Below are positions 48,910 through 61,206 of a DNA stretch of 64,000 bases, piece after piece (position 1 is the stretch's first letter; each line of letters begins with the position of its first letter). The translations under genes were made by a program, and so were the position numbers. The notes under the pieces were generated by a model that worked only from the letters and a program-made list of their open reading frames with translations, was not told where the DNA came from and did no database searches. Source of the stretch: Guillardia theta CCMP2712 (taxonomy: Eukaryota > Protista > Cryptophyta); the NCBI RefSeq assembly GCF_000315625.1, contig NW_005434570.1, positions 73,413 through 137,412 of the forward strand, in the 5' to 3' direction.

Positions 48910-49372
48910 ACCTCTATCTATTTGCCCCAACAAAAAGAGATCTTTGTCCTTCCAAGGGTGGGTAGTTGAAGGTCAAATAGAGGGTAGTCAATTCCAGAGA
49001 GCTGGACGGGTGGTCCCTTTTTTGCCCAACTGGGGTAGTACCCGATACCACTGGGCGCGGGGGGCCGTAAAGATCAATTCAGTCGTAGGGTGGGTTATAA
49101 ATGTGGGGTGGGTGGTACACTGTACTTACAACGATGAGACAAAGGGGGCGGTACTGAGATAAAAGAAAATAGAAGGGGTGGGTAGTCAAATCCAAACATT
49201 ACCGAATGGGGTAGGGTGGCCTTTTTAGGCGGGTAGTTGAGATCAAGATTTGAGTTTGGACGGTGAAAAGGAATAATGGTGGAGAGAAAGGCAGCAGAGG
49301 AAAGGAGGGAAGAGGTGAGGAGAGGAGAGATAAGATAGCTGAGAATGAAAGACATAAGAAAAACAGTTGCAG

Positions 49373-52300
49373 ACATGTTGCAGGTGATCTTATAGAGTGA
49401 TACTGATTGATCACGCTTGAAAAATGATCAGAACGGGAAGGACTGAAGGTCTCGATCCAAAACAGGAGCGATAAAGATTTGATGATTATGACGTGAATGG
49501 ATTTGTATTGAAGATTCAAAAGGTCTTGAAGTCCAGGTGTATATTCAGCAGCGTCGTAAGTTTGTTGCTTTCAGACAAGGACAGAAGGGATCGGGCAGTT
49601 GTCCACGATTTTTCAGCAAAACATGTTAACAGAGATATGTCGAAGAGTAGGTGTACTGATTAGGGGAGACGATCGTCGTGGTATGACTAGATACGTCGTG
49701 TGATGAGAAAAGCGAATCAGCCCTGGAGCAGAACATTGTTGGAGGAAGGGAAAAATGATCAGAACAGTCAGCAAACTTCGAACCTACACGCATCGCTTGC
49801 TTGACGCAGCTGTTCTCGCAGGACATTTTAAGCGCTGGTTGACATCCTGCAAGGATGAGCATGTTGGATCCTTGCAACCCAAACTCACCCTACCAAGGAG
49901 TGATAGCAAGCGATAGGCCCACGATCTGCATGTGGGACTCCAAGAACCCTGCCCTCCACCACCATGCTCGTCTGACAAGCCCGAGCTCGGCAGGGCAGGA
50001 AGGGCAGAGGCAGCACCTGGGATGGAGGGAGGCGAAACTTCGGATAACAGACAAGATGCATCTTGACACCAGTGACTTCATTCCCTCTGGAAAAGCCTCT
50101 CCCATCTCCTTCAGCGCCTCCTGCTCCCCTCTGATACATGGCTCCATGAGGAGTGTGATGGTGGAACCGACATGCTCTGCCTTACATCTGGAGAATGGCT
50201 GTTTGCGAGCTGATGGTGGTCATGAAGCTGTTGATCAAAGATACCTTTGGCACCTCGCTCCTCAGTCTCCGTCTTCTGTCATGAGCTATGAGGTGAACAT
50301 CCTCGAAGTCATCAACGACTACACGAGGAAGAAGTGTATGGAAACGACGGCTGTGCCCCCTCTACAGTTCCAGAGCGAACATCTCAATGCGGTAAACAAT
50401 TGTTATTGACTTGCGCTCTGTTCCCTACCTTTCCGAGTCATGACATTCGCGACATTTCCAGATGCAAGATGTTGCTTCTTGTGAACTTCCCGATCTAGAC
50501 TACAACGCGACGTCGAGCAGCATGTTGGATGTAACGCAAGACAGATCTCAACACATGATCAACATGGCTGCCTTGCCTGAACCAGCTGGGCATGTGGGCG
50601 ATGGTCTGGTCAGACGACTTCGGGCAGCCTATGAGGCTGTCATGGAGGACGGAGCAGAAGATTGCAGAGAAGCCTGTCATCTGATTTGTGAAGATGTTGT
50701 CTGCAGAACTCTCTTGTCCCCTGTTGTGGAGACTGTCAAGAGAGCTGTTGAGGTTGCTGATCGCGACATCAGCAGCTCTTGCGAGCTGGGCGGTATCGAT
50801 GTCTCAACTTGCTCGGCACCTCCCGAGTGCTATGACGGGATGGTTGGATATCTGAAGAAGATCGTGACAAGAAGCATCGATCACAAGGTCGGAGTTTTCT
50901 TGCGTTCTAGAAGGACTGACATGTCAGATTCGCAGAGCAAGATCACGGACGAGCTGAAATCAGCCGACCGAGCACACAACGGGACTGACCGGTTCGAGGT
51001 TGTCAGCCTTTGGCACTCTTTGCTTCTCCTCCTTATGCAGTTCCTTCAGTCCTTGTTGATGCAAGCTAAGGCGTATCGCAAATCCATCGATGTCTTGTCA
51101 CAAGATATCATGTCAAAGAATCAGGTAAAAAGATTCAATCGGCTGCACGCCTTTTCCTATTTTCCCCTCATTTCTTCTATCGCCTTCACCGCCACCTGGG
51201 CTCACTCCTTTTCTGCTGTAAACTCCCTCAGCCTGCCACTTCATCTTTGCTCTTAAAATCACCTTTGGACTCCCAGCAGAACCTTTCTAGCCCCCCTCTC
51301 ACTGTTGAGCAGGAAAGAGAAAGCAGGCATGACGATCTCTGCACGAAGATCTCCAACATCTTCGGAGCTCAGGTTTGCTCGTACCCTCCTACCCTCCAGT
51401 GGAAATCGCTGACGTCTCTGGGCAGGGGCATGCAAGCAGGAAGGAGCAACTTGACCTCCGGGCAACGAGGATACACAAAGAGACGGTGGGATGATATTGC
51501 CGTCCTCCTTGCTCTTGCCCGATCGTTTCTGCTCCTGCCTCCTGCCCCTACATTTCACTCACTGTACTTTCCCTCCCACTTGCCTTCTCTTGCAACTTCG
51601 TTTTCCTTTTCCTGACCTGTCTTTTAGATTCGCTCTCTGGAGGCTCTAGACCAGATGGAGAAATCTCTTGTTCAGGTGATATTTATTGCTCGCCCACTCT
51701 CGCTCTCGCTTTCTGACTCTTTCTCAGTCCCAAGAAACTCTCCATGATCGTTGCAGGTTGTACGGAGCAACATCTTTGCCGATTCTCTTTGCTTTCTTTC
51801 TTGCTTTCTTCTGTCGAATCCACTGTCTTCCGGTTCCTTCCCTGCTCTGCCCTGGTCTTGTATTGTCTTGTCTGTTTCAGCTACATCTCACCATATTTGG
51901 TGTCACATTGAAAGTACCGTTCCTTACACGTCGCTGCAGAGATTCTGAAGAATACATCTCCTCTGAGGTTTCTTCCTCGATGTAGATTTTTGTTTGACAT
52001 TTGACACTCGTCATGCAAGTTGTTGAAGACTGCTGAGTCAAAATCAAACTGCGAGGTTGAGGTATGGAGCCTTTGATATCTCATATCTTGCAATGAAGGT
52101 GAATTTTCAGATCAAAGATATCCTCCAGACCATTCAAAAGAATGTGAGAACGTCAATCGCTCATTTTGCGTTATAAGTTGTTTTGCTGCTGATATTCATC
52201 ATTGTTACTACGAACACTTTCTTTGGATTGATGACTCTGGTTTTGTATGTTGTCACGTATAGCTGGTCTTCGACTTTGTGACTTGCGATGTGACTTGCGA

Positions 52301-55300
52301 TGTGACTTGCGATGCCGATGACCGTTTTCCAACAACCTCAGATCCTCGAACTGGAGACATGGCAGAGGTGTTTTCATCTCAACATTTCAAACTTTTGTCA
52401 CTGAACCCTGAGAGCAGCAAGTTGTTGTCGGCTGAGAACATGGAGACCCAGCTCAAGGATTGCAAAGTGGATTCTCTGCCGTCCAAGACGAGTCTCTGTT
52501 GATCTTGATTGCAAACAGGTCAAGTACGAGGAGTCGAAGATGATGGGGATGCAAGAGCTGAAGAACAAGTGAGATTTACATCTTCTTTCCCCGCGCTCAT
52601 CGACTTGTCAAGGTTGGATGAAGTTCGAGAGGCGAAAGCTCGCATGCAGAAACGGTTGAGAGCAATAGACCTCGCAAACGACAGGTGGTGTAGTGTCATG
52701 TGTGATGTGATGTGATGTGATGTGATGTGATGTGATGTGATGTGATGTGATATAGGATGTGATATGTGATCTGCAATGTGATGTGATCAATGTTCTTTTC
52801 ATTGCAACCATGAGCAATTAATTCTTACACTACTTGCCTCTTGCAGGGCCTCCGCTATTCTTGACACCATCGAGAGGATTCAGAGCAGCAAGTCACGAGA
52901 AGTGAGTTGTAATGTTTGCTTTCTCAAGGATTCCTTCGTGTTATTTTCTTAGTTTTATCCTCATGTTGTCTTCTCTACAGGTCATTGCGTTGGAATTCAG
53001 TGAACGACTCAAACATTATCAAGACGTTTCTCTACTCAACAGGAATCTTCAAGTATTTCTTTGTTGTTACTTTCCTTCGTACCTCTCCTCTCCTCCTCCC
53101 TCCCTCTCTCTCTGTCTCTCAGCTATCCCCACTCCCCACCCCCCCCCCGACACGTTCTCCTTCCTCCCTCAACAACGGCGCAGGTGCAGTACATGCGAGC
53201 TCAAAGGATGCACTCAGACTGGGAGGCTGCAGGTGAGAAACGTGGCTGAGAATCAACACACTCATCAACATTTCTCAATGAACATCAACGTTTGCATTAC
53301 ACGACCATCACAACATACATTCATAACATGCATCCGTAACATACATCCGTAACATACATTCATACATTCAGTGCTTGCATTCACTACATCCTGTCTTGCA
53401 ACTTTTGCCCCCTTTCCCTTATGAAATTTTCTTGCAGTCAAGTCAACTTCAACCTCCTCTGTCCAACCTTCTTGCCCTCCGACCGCTCCGCCACCTCCCG
53501 CCCCGCAGGAAACTGCTGTGTCTCATCCTCGTCCTCGCCGTGTCTGGAGCTTGTGGCGGAGGACGGCAAGTTCTCCAACATCATCGGCGACGGAGCACCG
53601 CTCAGCATGCAAGCTGTTCTGGTTGAAATCGATCCAGTGCGAGGTAAGGACAAGGAGGAGTGGAGGAGCCGCTGACGCTGCTGAGCAGGAGGAAAGTGAG
53701 AACGAGTCCTGGGAGGAGATGATGGAGAGGTGGAGCAGTTATGCTCAGAGATGCTTCGCGACAATCTTGACGTTTGCAAGGAACCACTCAAGCTCGATCA
53801 AGGTTGTCATCAGTATCAATCTTGTCTGCTGGCTGTCCGTGACATTCTTTTGATGGTCCACTGAAAATCTTCACGTCGACTTGTCGAGACAGATCAGACA
53901 TGCTGACGTCAGATCTTACTGTTCTTCTGTTCAATCATCTCACCTCCGTTCTTCAGAATTCCTTCGAGTTCGAATGGTTGGGAAATAATTTACTCTGGCA
54001 GCCGCCTTACAACACCATAGGTTCCCCTGCCGCCTACTGTCCTACGTCCTCTCGTCCCTGCCTGCCCTCCTCCTCCTCCTCCTCCTCCTCCTCCTCCTCC
54101 TCCTCCTCCTCCTCCTCCTCCTCCTCCTCCTCCTCCTCCTCCTCTATGCTCTCCTTGTCTCATCATTTCTCAGAGGGGGACATGGATGGGCTCATGGATG
54201 TCTCAAACTGCATGGGCTTGCAACTCGTAAGACCTCCGAGCTCGACTGCGCATGCCGCTTTCGCCTCCTTCCTCCATGTCTTCCCCGGCTACCTCTGTTC
54301 CCCTCTCCCTCCCTCCCTCCCTCCGTCCGTCTGTCTCCCTACAAGCTCTCTTTTCCTAGCTCCCTACCTACCTCCCTCCGTCTCTTCCCCCTTCAACCCT
54401 CGCTCCCTCCTCTTACCACTTCTCTTCTCAGTGCCTTGTGGACAACGCGTGGGCAGCCTCCAAGTCGCTCGAGTACGCTGCCTCCGATTCTTCCCTCATC
54501 ATCCTCTCCACCGCCGACTCTTCCTGCGAATGGATCGCACAGGTCAACAGAGCACGCGCTCCCTCCTCCCACGTCCATGCATCCTTCTCGTCTACTCTTT
54601 CATCATCCCCTCCTCCAACCCTTCTTCCTGCTGTCTTTCTCCCCTCCTCCGCCTCCTCCTCCTCCTCCTCCGCCTCCTCCTCCTCCTCCTCCTCCTCCTT
54701 TCTCCTCCTCCTCCTGTTCCCCCCTCTCACCACGAGCGCGAGCAGGAGAACGTGCGCGTGGAGGAGACCCGCGAGCATCTGCTGTGCCTCCGAGGCCTCA
54801 AGGTAGATCAGAACATCAGCACCACAATCCGCATCCTCTCCTCCCGCACAGGCGAGGTGCTGTCCGAGCATTCGATCAGGGGCCAGAGGCTGGCAGGGAT
54901 GGACGACCCGGATCTGTACAAGGAGGAGGAGAGGAGAGACGAGAGGGAGGAGGAGGCGCTGGTGGTGTACAGGAAGACAAACTTGCGCGCTAACTGCGGG
55001 AAGGCGATAAGGGTTGAGTTTGTTGCTAATTGCACATCCCTGTCCGTCAAGATCATCTTCTGTCCTGTTCGAGCTGGGCAGCAGGTGAAGAAACAAAGTG
55101 TTGGTTCTGCCTGGCCTTATTTTTGTTTCGTTGGTTTGTGTTGAAATGTTGTCACTTCTTATGTTCTTCTGTCTTCCCGGTCTTTGTTGTTCTGGATTTT
55201 GTTCCTCCTCATTGTTGTATGTGTGTTGAAGAATGTTTCTCTTTCCTCACTGCTTTTCTTCAATTTTGATTCTTGTCACCCTGCTCAGATTCACATCGGC

Positions 55301-55360
55301 TCGATCGAGCTGAGCCCGAAGATGTCGTCGGGGCTCGAGTGTGATCTGGACTTGTTGTAG
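49373..55360 (+). CDS. Large hypothetical multi-exon protein (may be more than one gene)
   Basis: Long plus-strand exons 49855-50391, 50462-51124 and 54746-55084; last exon IHIGSIELSP..DLL-TAG; no domain recognised. Confidence 0.45.
52697..52750. repeat. (GATGT)n pentanucleotide microsatellite
   Basis: Direct reading. Confidence 0.9.
54067..54143. repeat. (TCC)n microsatellite, intronic
   Basis: Direct reading. Confidence 0.9.
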
Positions 55361-55732
55361 ATTAGAGATGACCAAAACTTTATTTGCTATGTCGTAAACA
55401 TGTGATGAAAGGTGGATCTTTGTTTTGAGATTAAGCACATCTATTGCAAACAGAAGAACATGTTGCGTTCTCAAACAGCGATGCCTTTAGATGTGAAAAT
55501 GAGACACCACATGAGATCTCAAGATGCAAGTTGTTGAAAGAGCATCAGGTATCTGTTGTATTCTTGTTCGCACTTGCTTCTTGTTGCTTCAAGTAATCGT
55601 TTACTTGTCCGACTTGTCGTGGTCCTCGTGCTATCCTCCTCCTCCTCCTCTCCTCCTCCTCCTCCTCCTCCTCCTCCTCCTCCTCCACCACCACCACCAC
55701 CACAACCACCAACACCAACACCAACACCTCCT

Positions 55733-55832
55733 NNNNNNNNNNNNNNNNNNNNNNNNNNNNNNNNNNNNNNNNNNNNNNNNNNNNNNNNNNNNNNNNNNNN
55801 NNNNNNNNNNNNNNNNNNNNNNNNNNNNNNNN
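55733..55832. other. Assembly gap (100 N) inside a TCC/CCA microsatellite
   Basis: N run. Confidence 0.99.
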
Positions 55833-56066
55833 CACCACCAACACCACCACCTCCTCTCTTCCTCCTCCTCCTTCTCCTCCTCCTCCTCCTCCTCCTCCTC
55901 CTACCCACCGCCGCCACAACCACCACCACGACCACCTCCTCCTTCTCCTGCTCGGCTCAACTTCGGTCTGCTACCAACAAAGACGATTGACATTTGCAAC
56001 GCAGCAGACTGTTTTGTAAAACAGGATGAACTGACTTGTGTCTAAACGTTTGATATGCTTCAAATC

Positions 56067-57546
56067 TCATGCCATGGCAAACTCAGTCCCATCTTTTCTT
56101 GTCACCCGCTGGAAGTATCTGAATTCAACGTTGTCAGCGCAGACATCATGAGCATATGTAACTTCAAAGATCAAAACACAACATGTGAATTCAGAGATCA
56201 AAACACAACATGTAAATTCAGAGATCAAAACACAACATGTGAATTCTGAGATCAAAACACAACATGTAAATTCAAAGTTCAAAGCACCAGTACAGCCAGC
56301 CAAACGCAACTCCATCACCTTGCGGGTATAACTCCATCAAATCCTTCTGTAAGGATCACCCCATTGCCCGATCGATAAAACTTACATCCATCTTGCATCG
56401 CCTGTGAAACATTCATCACATGTCAGAACCCAACCTTACTTCTATCACCTTTGCTGCATCTACGAATATCAACAATTCGCAGTTTTCTCTGAAACCGCTC
56501 ACTTTCTCCTGGCCTGACCTCGGCTGATAGGAAAGAAACAAACGTGAGTTACAAAATGTGTTTGTTAGATCGACGACTTGGCTGACCTGGAGGTCTGTTA
56601 AATGAATGTGTTGTCTGCTCATTCTCTTCAATCCGTCTTGTCTGATCCTTCACAATGCTCGCACTTCACATCTAACTTGTCATGTCGAGAAAACTCACAA
56701 GTCCCAATGCTTCAAATAAGTTCCATGAATGCAAACTTGTGGCGGCTGATAGTTTCATCGTCATCGTCATCGCCGCAACAAACAACATCCCCACCTCTCT
56801 CATCGCTTCCAACAAGTTCTCCTGCTTCACATGTGCTGCAACCTTGCAAGTGACATCAGCAACGTGTTCGATCAGTACATGAGATATTCACAAGCTGCCC
56901 GTGCCCTTGTTGTGCTCGCACTCTCAGTTGAGCCCCAGCCATGATCAACTGAGCACGTCCGAGTCACAAGCACGCAAAACAGCAAGTTAGGAGGAAGGAG
57001 AGGCTAAGTAGGAAGGGAAGAAAAATGCAGGCAGGGAGGGAAGAGAAGGCAAGGCAAGGCAAGGGGGGGGGAGGGAGGGAGGGGAGGGGGGGAGGGAGGG
57101 GAGGGAGGGGAGGGATGGATAGCTGGAGAGAGCTGGGGTACGAGCGTGAAGAGTGAAAAAGAGAGCAAGAGGAAGGAGGACATGTTTATCACCACAAATC
57201 GTTTCTTGTCATTGTGTTCTACCACCTTACGGACATCAGCAACGGTGTATCCTGCTGGAGATCAGTTTCTCCCCTTGCTCCTCCCTTCCTTCTCCTGCTC
57301 GTCCTGCTCGTCCTGCTTGTCCTGCTCGTCCTGCTCGTCCTGCTCCTCCCCTCCCCTCGTACCTCGGAAACTCGCATGCCTCAGCATTTCCTCCACCGAT
57401 ACAGTACCATCATCCTCCATTGCGACCCCTGCCATCACAACTCGTCATGGGCAGGCGTCCCACCCTAACTCCTCACCAGCTGAGATCGCGCCATGGCGGA
57501 GAAGCCAGCTCATCTTCTTGCTGAGACCCACCAGCCGCCCGTCCAT
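56067..57546 (-). CDS. TPT1: tRNA 2'-phosphotransferase (Tpt1/KptA), multi-exon
   Basis: LSKKMSWLLRHGA, NDKKRF, VRAQQGH, GLKRMSRQHIHL, SGFR..CELLIFVD, FYRSGNGVILTEG. Confidence 0.88.
56169..56274. repeat. 27-bp minisatellite x4 in the last TPT1 intron
   Basis: GATCAAAACACAACATGTRAATTCWGA at 56169, 56196, 56223, 56250. Confidence 0.92.
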
Positions 57547-58154
57547 CTTGAAGGATGAGACGACCGTCTCCTGCGATCTGCATGAGGAGGTTCGCGAGCG
57601 GTCGGGGCTGCCATGCTGACCTTGCCCGACGGCGGTAGGGTCGATGCCGACGATGAGCAGAAGAACGATGCAATGCACACGAGGAGAGAGAGAGAGGAGG
57701 TCGTGATGGATGATGGGAACACAAGGCAAGACCAGGAAAGAACGGGAGCGGGAGCAGGAGGAGGAGCAGGAGCAGGAGCAGGAGCAGGGGCAGCAAGAGC
57801 GAAAATTCGGAGTGGAGGCCGAAACGGGGGCAGGGCGAAGCTTGAGATAGGGAAGTATATCCATATTACTTAATACCATACTTAAAGGATATTACACCTT
57901 GAAGGGGTGGGAGGGAGGGAGCGAGGGCCAAAGTCAGTATCCCGTTGGTATGACAGGGTGGACGCCAGCTCCAGGGACTCGCATCCCATAAGAGACTCCT
58001 CCTCCTCCTCCTCCTCCTCCTCCTCCTCCCTTTCCTCTATGCTTCTCTGACACTCCCTGCACTCGGATCCCTTCCTCTCACTACAGCTATCCCTTCCGTC
58101 CTGTCCCGATCCGTCCGTTGACTGCCATGCCTTGAACGTGAAGAAGCTCGCATC

Positions 58155-59060
58155 ATGAGGAAGAGGCTGGACTTCGAGCTCTGCATGTACATTGCGATAT
58201 GGTATTTCTCTTCCGTCGTCTGCACCAACACCACCAAGACCGTGAACTTACACTGGGCGCTCCTGACCCTGACGCAGCTGAGCCTGTCGGCCCTGTGCGG
58301 GTTCCTCATGATCTTCGTCTTCGGGTTCATTCCCTACAGGCCGCTCACGAACTTCTACCAGCTCCGCTACACAGCCTTCGTCTCCTTCTGGTTTGTGGTT
58401 GGCTTCGTCACCCTCAACGAGTCGATCCGCATGATGAGCATCTCGATCGTGATGACGTATCGCGCCGCCGAGCCTCTCTTCACCATGGTCCTCTCCTTCT
58501 ACCTCAACAAGAAGGAGAAGCTGTCTTGGCTCAAGATCGTGTCTCTCGGGCCCATCATTGTGGGAGCGATCTTATCCTCGTTGTCACAGAAGCAGGCTAC
58601 ATACAGGGGCATTCTCACCGTCACTCTCTGCAACCTCTCGTGGGCCCTGATCAGGATCTACACGAGGAGGCTGAAGCAGGAGTACTCGCTCGATGCCTGT
58701 AACTTCTTCTTCCAGATCTCGTACCTGGGAGCTTGCCAGCAAGCTCTTGTCCTTTTGCTCCTCTCTCCTCGCATCAACCAGCTCGACGAGGTCAGCGGTC
58801 ACTTGCACGCAGACGCTGGATTTGCGCTTCACCTTCTCATCAATGGGCTGACGTTCTTCCTTTACCTTCAAATGTCGTGGCTCGTTCTGGCCAGAGTGTC
58901 GGCGGTGACTCACTCTATCATCAACTCCCTCCGCCTCCCCTTCCTGTGTGTGTTTGGGTGGTTGCAGTTTGGAGAGAATCTTTCTAGTATCAACATGCTG
59001 GGGATAGCATTGGCATCAGTTGGAGCAGTGCCATTCTTTGTTATCAAGGACAAGAGGTAA
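58155..59060 (+). CDS. Triose-phosphate/nucleotide-sugar transporter family (DMT, SLC35E-like), intronless
   Basis: IWYFSS, RAAEPLF, LGPIIVG, VSAVTHSIINSLR; about 9-10 TM helices; C-terminal KDKR. Confidence 0.82.
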   Translation: MRKRLDFELCMYIAIWYFSSVVCTNTTKTVNLHWALLTLTQLSLSALCGFLMIFVFGFIPYRPLTNFYQLRYTAFVSFWFVVGFVTLNESIRMMSISIVMTYRAAEPLFTMVLSFYLNKKEKLSWLKIVSLGPIIVGAILSSLSQKQATYRGILTVTLCNLSWALIRIYTRRLKQEYSLDACNFFFQISYLGACQQALVLLLLSPRINQLDEVSGHLHADAGFALHLLINGLTFFLYLQMSWLVLARVSAVTHSIINSLRLPFLCVFGWLQFGENLSSINMLGIALASVGAVPFFVIKDKR

Positions 59061-59193
59061 GAACAAGCAGCTGAAAGGAGCAAGCTGGTGGCGTTCTCAA
59101 CGAACAGGATAAAACAATAAACAAAATCTACAGGGCACCACAATGCTCCCATAGCACTAGGACACAAATAGCGGAAATGAACGACTGTATCCA

Positions 59194-60273
59194 TTACGTG
59201 CTTGACTGTAGGCAACGGTAGTTTCTCAGAGCTTTCAGATGCGCCAGGACCCCACTGCCCAGAGACTCATCCGCGGTACCTGAGTCTGACCATCTTGAGC
59301 GTCGGCTGCAAGTTGCAGCATCATAGCTCTCAGAAGACTTTTTCTTGTCCTTGGATTCATCCTTGTCCACCTCGTGCAGCAGTATGATCATCATGTGCTC
59401 GTCCTTGGTTACATTTACATTCATGCTGCACAGGATCTGCGTGCCGTTACGATCATAGAGGGTAGCAAGATGGTTCACACTCCCTGTAGCAGTGCTTGCT
59501 TCCGTCAGAGCCTTTGAGAGGCTCGCAGCATTCGTAAGAGGCCCATAACAGAGACGCAACGATCTCCCTAACACCTCGTCGGCATGGAATCCAAAACGAT
59601 CCAACCAGGTTCCGCTAGCACTGATGATCTTGTAAGGGGGACAGCAATTCACTGTTATGTAATAGCTCGTCTTGGTTGGAGCAGCATTGTCCTTGGGGGG
59701 CGATACATTCAGCGAAGATTCAGACAAGCTTTTCCTGTCCGGGATCTGCTTATTCACTGGAGAATCGCCTGCTTGTTCCTGCGGCTTCACTTCATGTGGC
59801 ACGAGGTCATCTTCTTCACCATCCAGCTGTATCTGGACATTTTCAACCTCATCTTGGATCGACTTATAAGTCTGCACAAAGGCCGGTCCATTCACACAAG
59901 TGGTATCTGTTGAATATGTCACAAGACGTACAGAAGCCGATCTCGGTGAACCTGACTTAGCGTCATCGTTCTTCACTTGATGACATTCAGAAGGAACAGG
60001 TGCCGCATTCGAAGAAGGAGAGTCGTCGGAAACCTTGAAGTGAATCAACTTTTCCTTCTGCTGTAACTCAGACTCCATGAGCTTCTGCTCGTATAGTCTG
60101 TCTATGCTCTTTTCGAGGTTCATCTTTTTGCGAAACACAGAGAGCATGTTGTCAAAGACTGAGGATGTCTCGAGCTTTTGATTTGAGTCATTGAAAAGAT
60201 CGAACTTGCGTTCTCGATGGTCAAACGATGAAGAGCTCCAGCTTTTGGATCGTGTCATTGAATGCCTGACCAT
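59194..60273 (-). CDS. PAS-domain protein (LOV-like fold without the photoactive Cys), intronless
   Basis: PPYKIISASGTWLDRFGFHADEVLGRSLRLCYGPLT...LYDRNG. Confidence 0.7.
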   Translation of the reverse strand: MVRHSMTRSKSWSSSSFDHRERKFDLFNDSNQKLETSSVFDNMLSVFRKKMNLEKSIDRLYEQKLMESELQQKEKLIHFKVSDDSPSSNAAPVPSECHQVKNDDAKSGSPRSASVRLVTYSTDTTCVNGPAFVQTYKSIQDEVENVQIQLDGEEDDLVPHEVKPQEQAGDSPVNKQIPDRKSLSESSLNVSPPKDNAAPTKTSYYITVNCCPPYKIISASGTWLDRFGFHADEVLGRSLRLCYGPLTNAASLSKALTEASTATGSVNHLATLYDRNGTQILCSMNVNVTKDEHMMIILLHEVDKDESKDKKKSSESYDAATCSRRSRWSDSGTADESLGSGVLAHLKALRNYRCLQSST

Positions 60274-61206
60274 ACCTGAATCAGAACCTGCAAGCTCACG
60301 TCACTTTGATTTGTCTGAAATCTATCACATCAGCTTATTTTCGATGTTCTGCTTTCGAGTTGCCCGTACTACTTCGTCTGGATTGATTGCAACTTCGACT
60401 TGCTGACCTTGAAACTTCTTCTGTATACTCTCGTCGTGTCGTTATCAGGTCCTGAACTTTTCAACAAATTCCTCTCTTCATTCTCTCTTGGCCTCGCTGT
60501 TCGCAAAACTGTCTTTTTCGTCATCCCTATTCTCCTCTCATCTTCCTCTAGCTAATCTCTGAGAGTGGTCGCATGGCCCGTTTCGATGGATGGCGCCTCC
60601 TACGCAGCGACGAGGGGGGTAGTGCTGCCAGGTGGAGTATGGTGGGTTGTTTTGTTTCGGGTCCGTTGACCAATATTGAACAGCACGAGGTAGGGTGTAC
60701 TACCCCACCTGTTCTTGAAAGCCATAGATAGATGGAATAAACCGGTACTTTGTGAATTAGTGCCGTCTATCCTCAACAATTGAGGGGTCGGAGGGTTAAC
60801 AGATCTTGCTTGAGGAGATACTTTGAGATTCAATCTCGCTCAATCTCCTCGCAGTTAAACTTGACCGATGGGTCAGTGGGGCCTGAGAGGGGCTGAGGCA
60901 ACCTGGCACGCACCGCCGGGCCGGGCCCGCCGCCACCGCCGAGCCTACCGACTCTCAGCCCCACACACTCAGCCTCCGGGACTCGGGAGGGCGGCCGCGG
61001 CAGCCGCGGGCGGTGGTCCCGGAGTCCGGCCCCTCAGCGGCGGCCCGTCCCGCCCGGCCCCCCGACAGGCTGCCGGATCGGACACACTTTTGCCGGACGA
61101 AGGCTGCCACCGTCACCGGACACCGGGCCCCCGGGCCAGCCCCCGGCCCCGGGCCCCCGGTGTCTGCCGGCTTCCGTGGCTCCCGATACCGCAAGTGATT
61201 CCTCCA

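Noticed and set aside
53900-55144. 414-aa ORF as a single-exon protein
   Set aside because: Reads through TCC-rich introns; only parts are plausible exons
56169-56274. CRISPR-like repeat
   Set aside because: Contiguous repeats without unique spacers, located in a eukaryotic intron, with no cas genes
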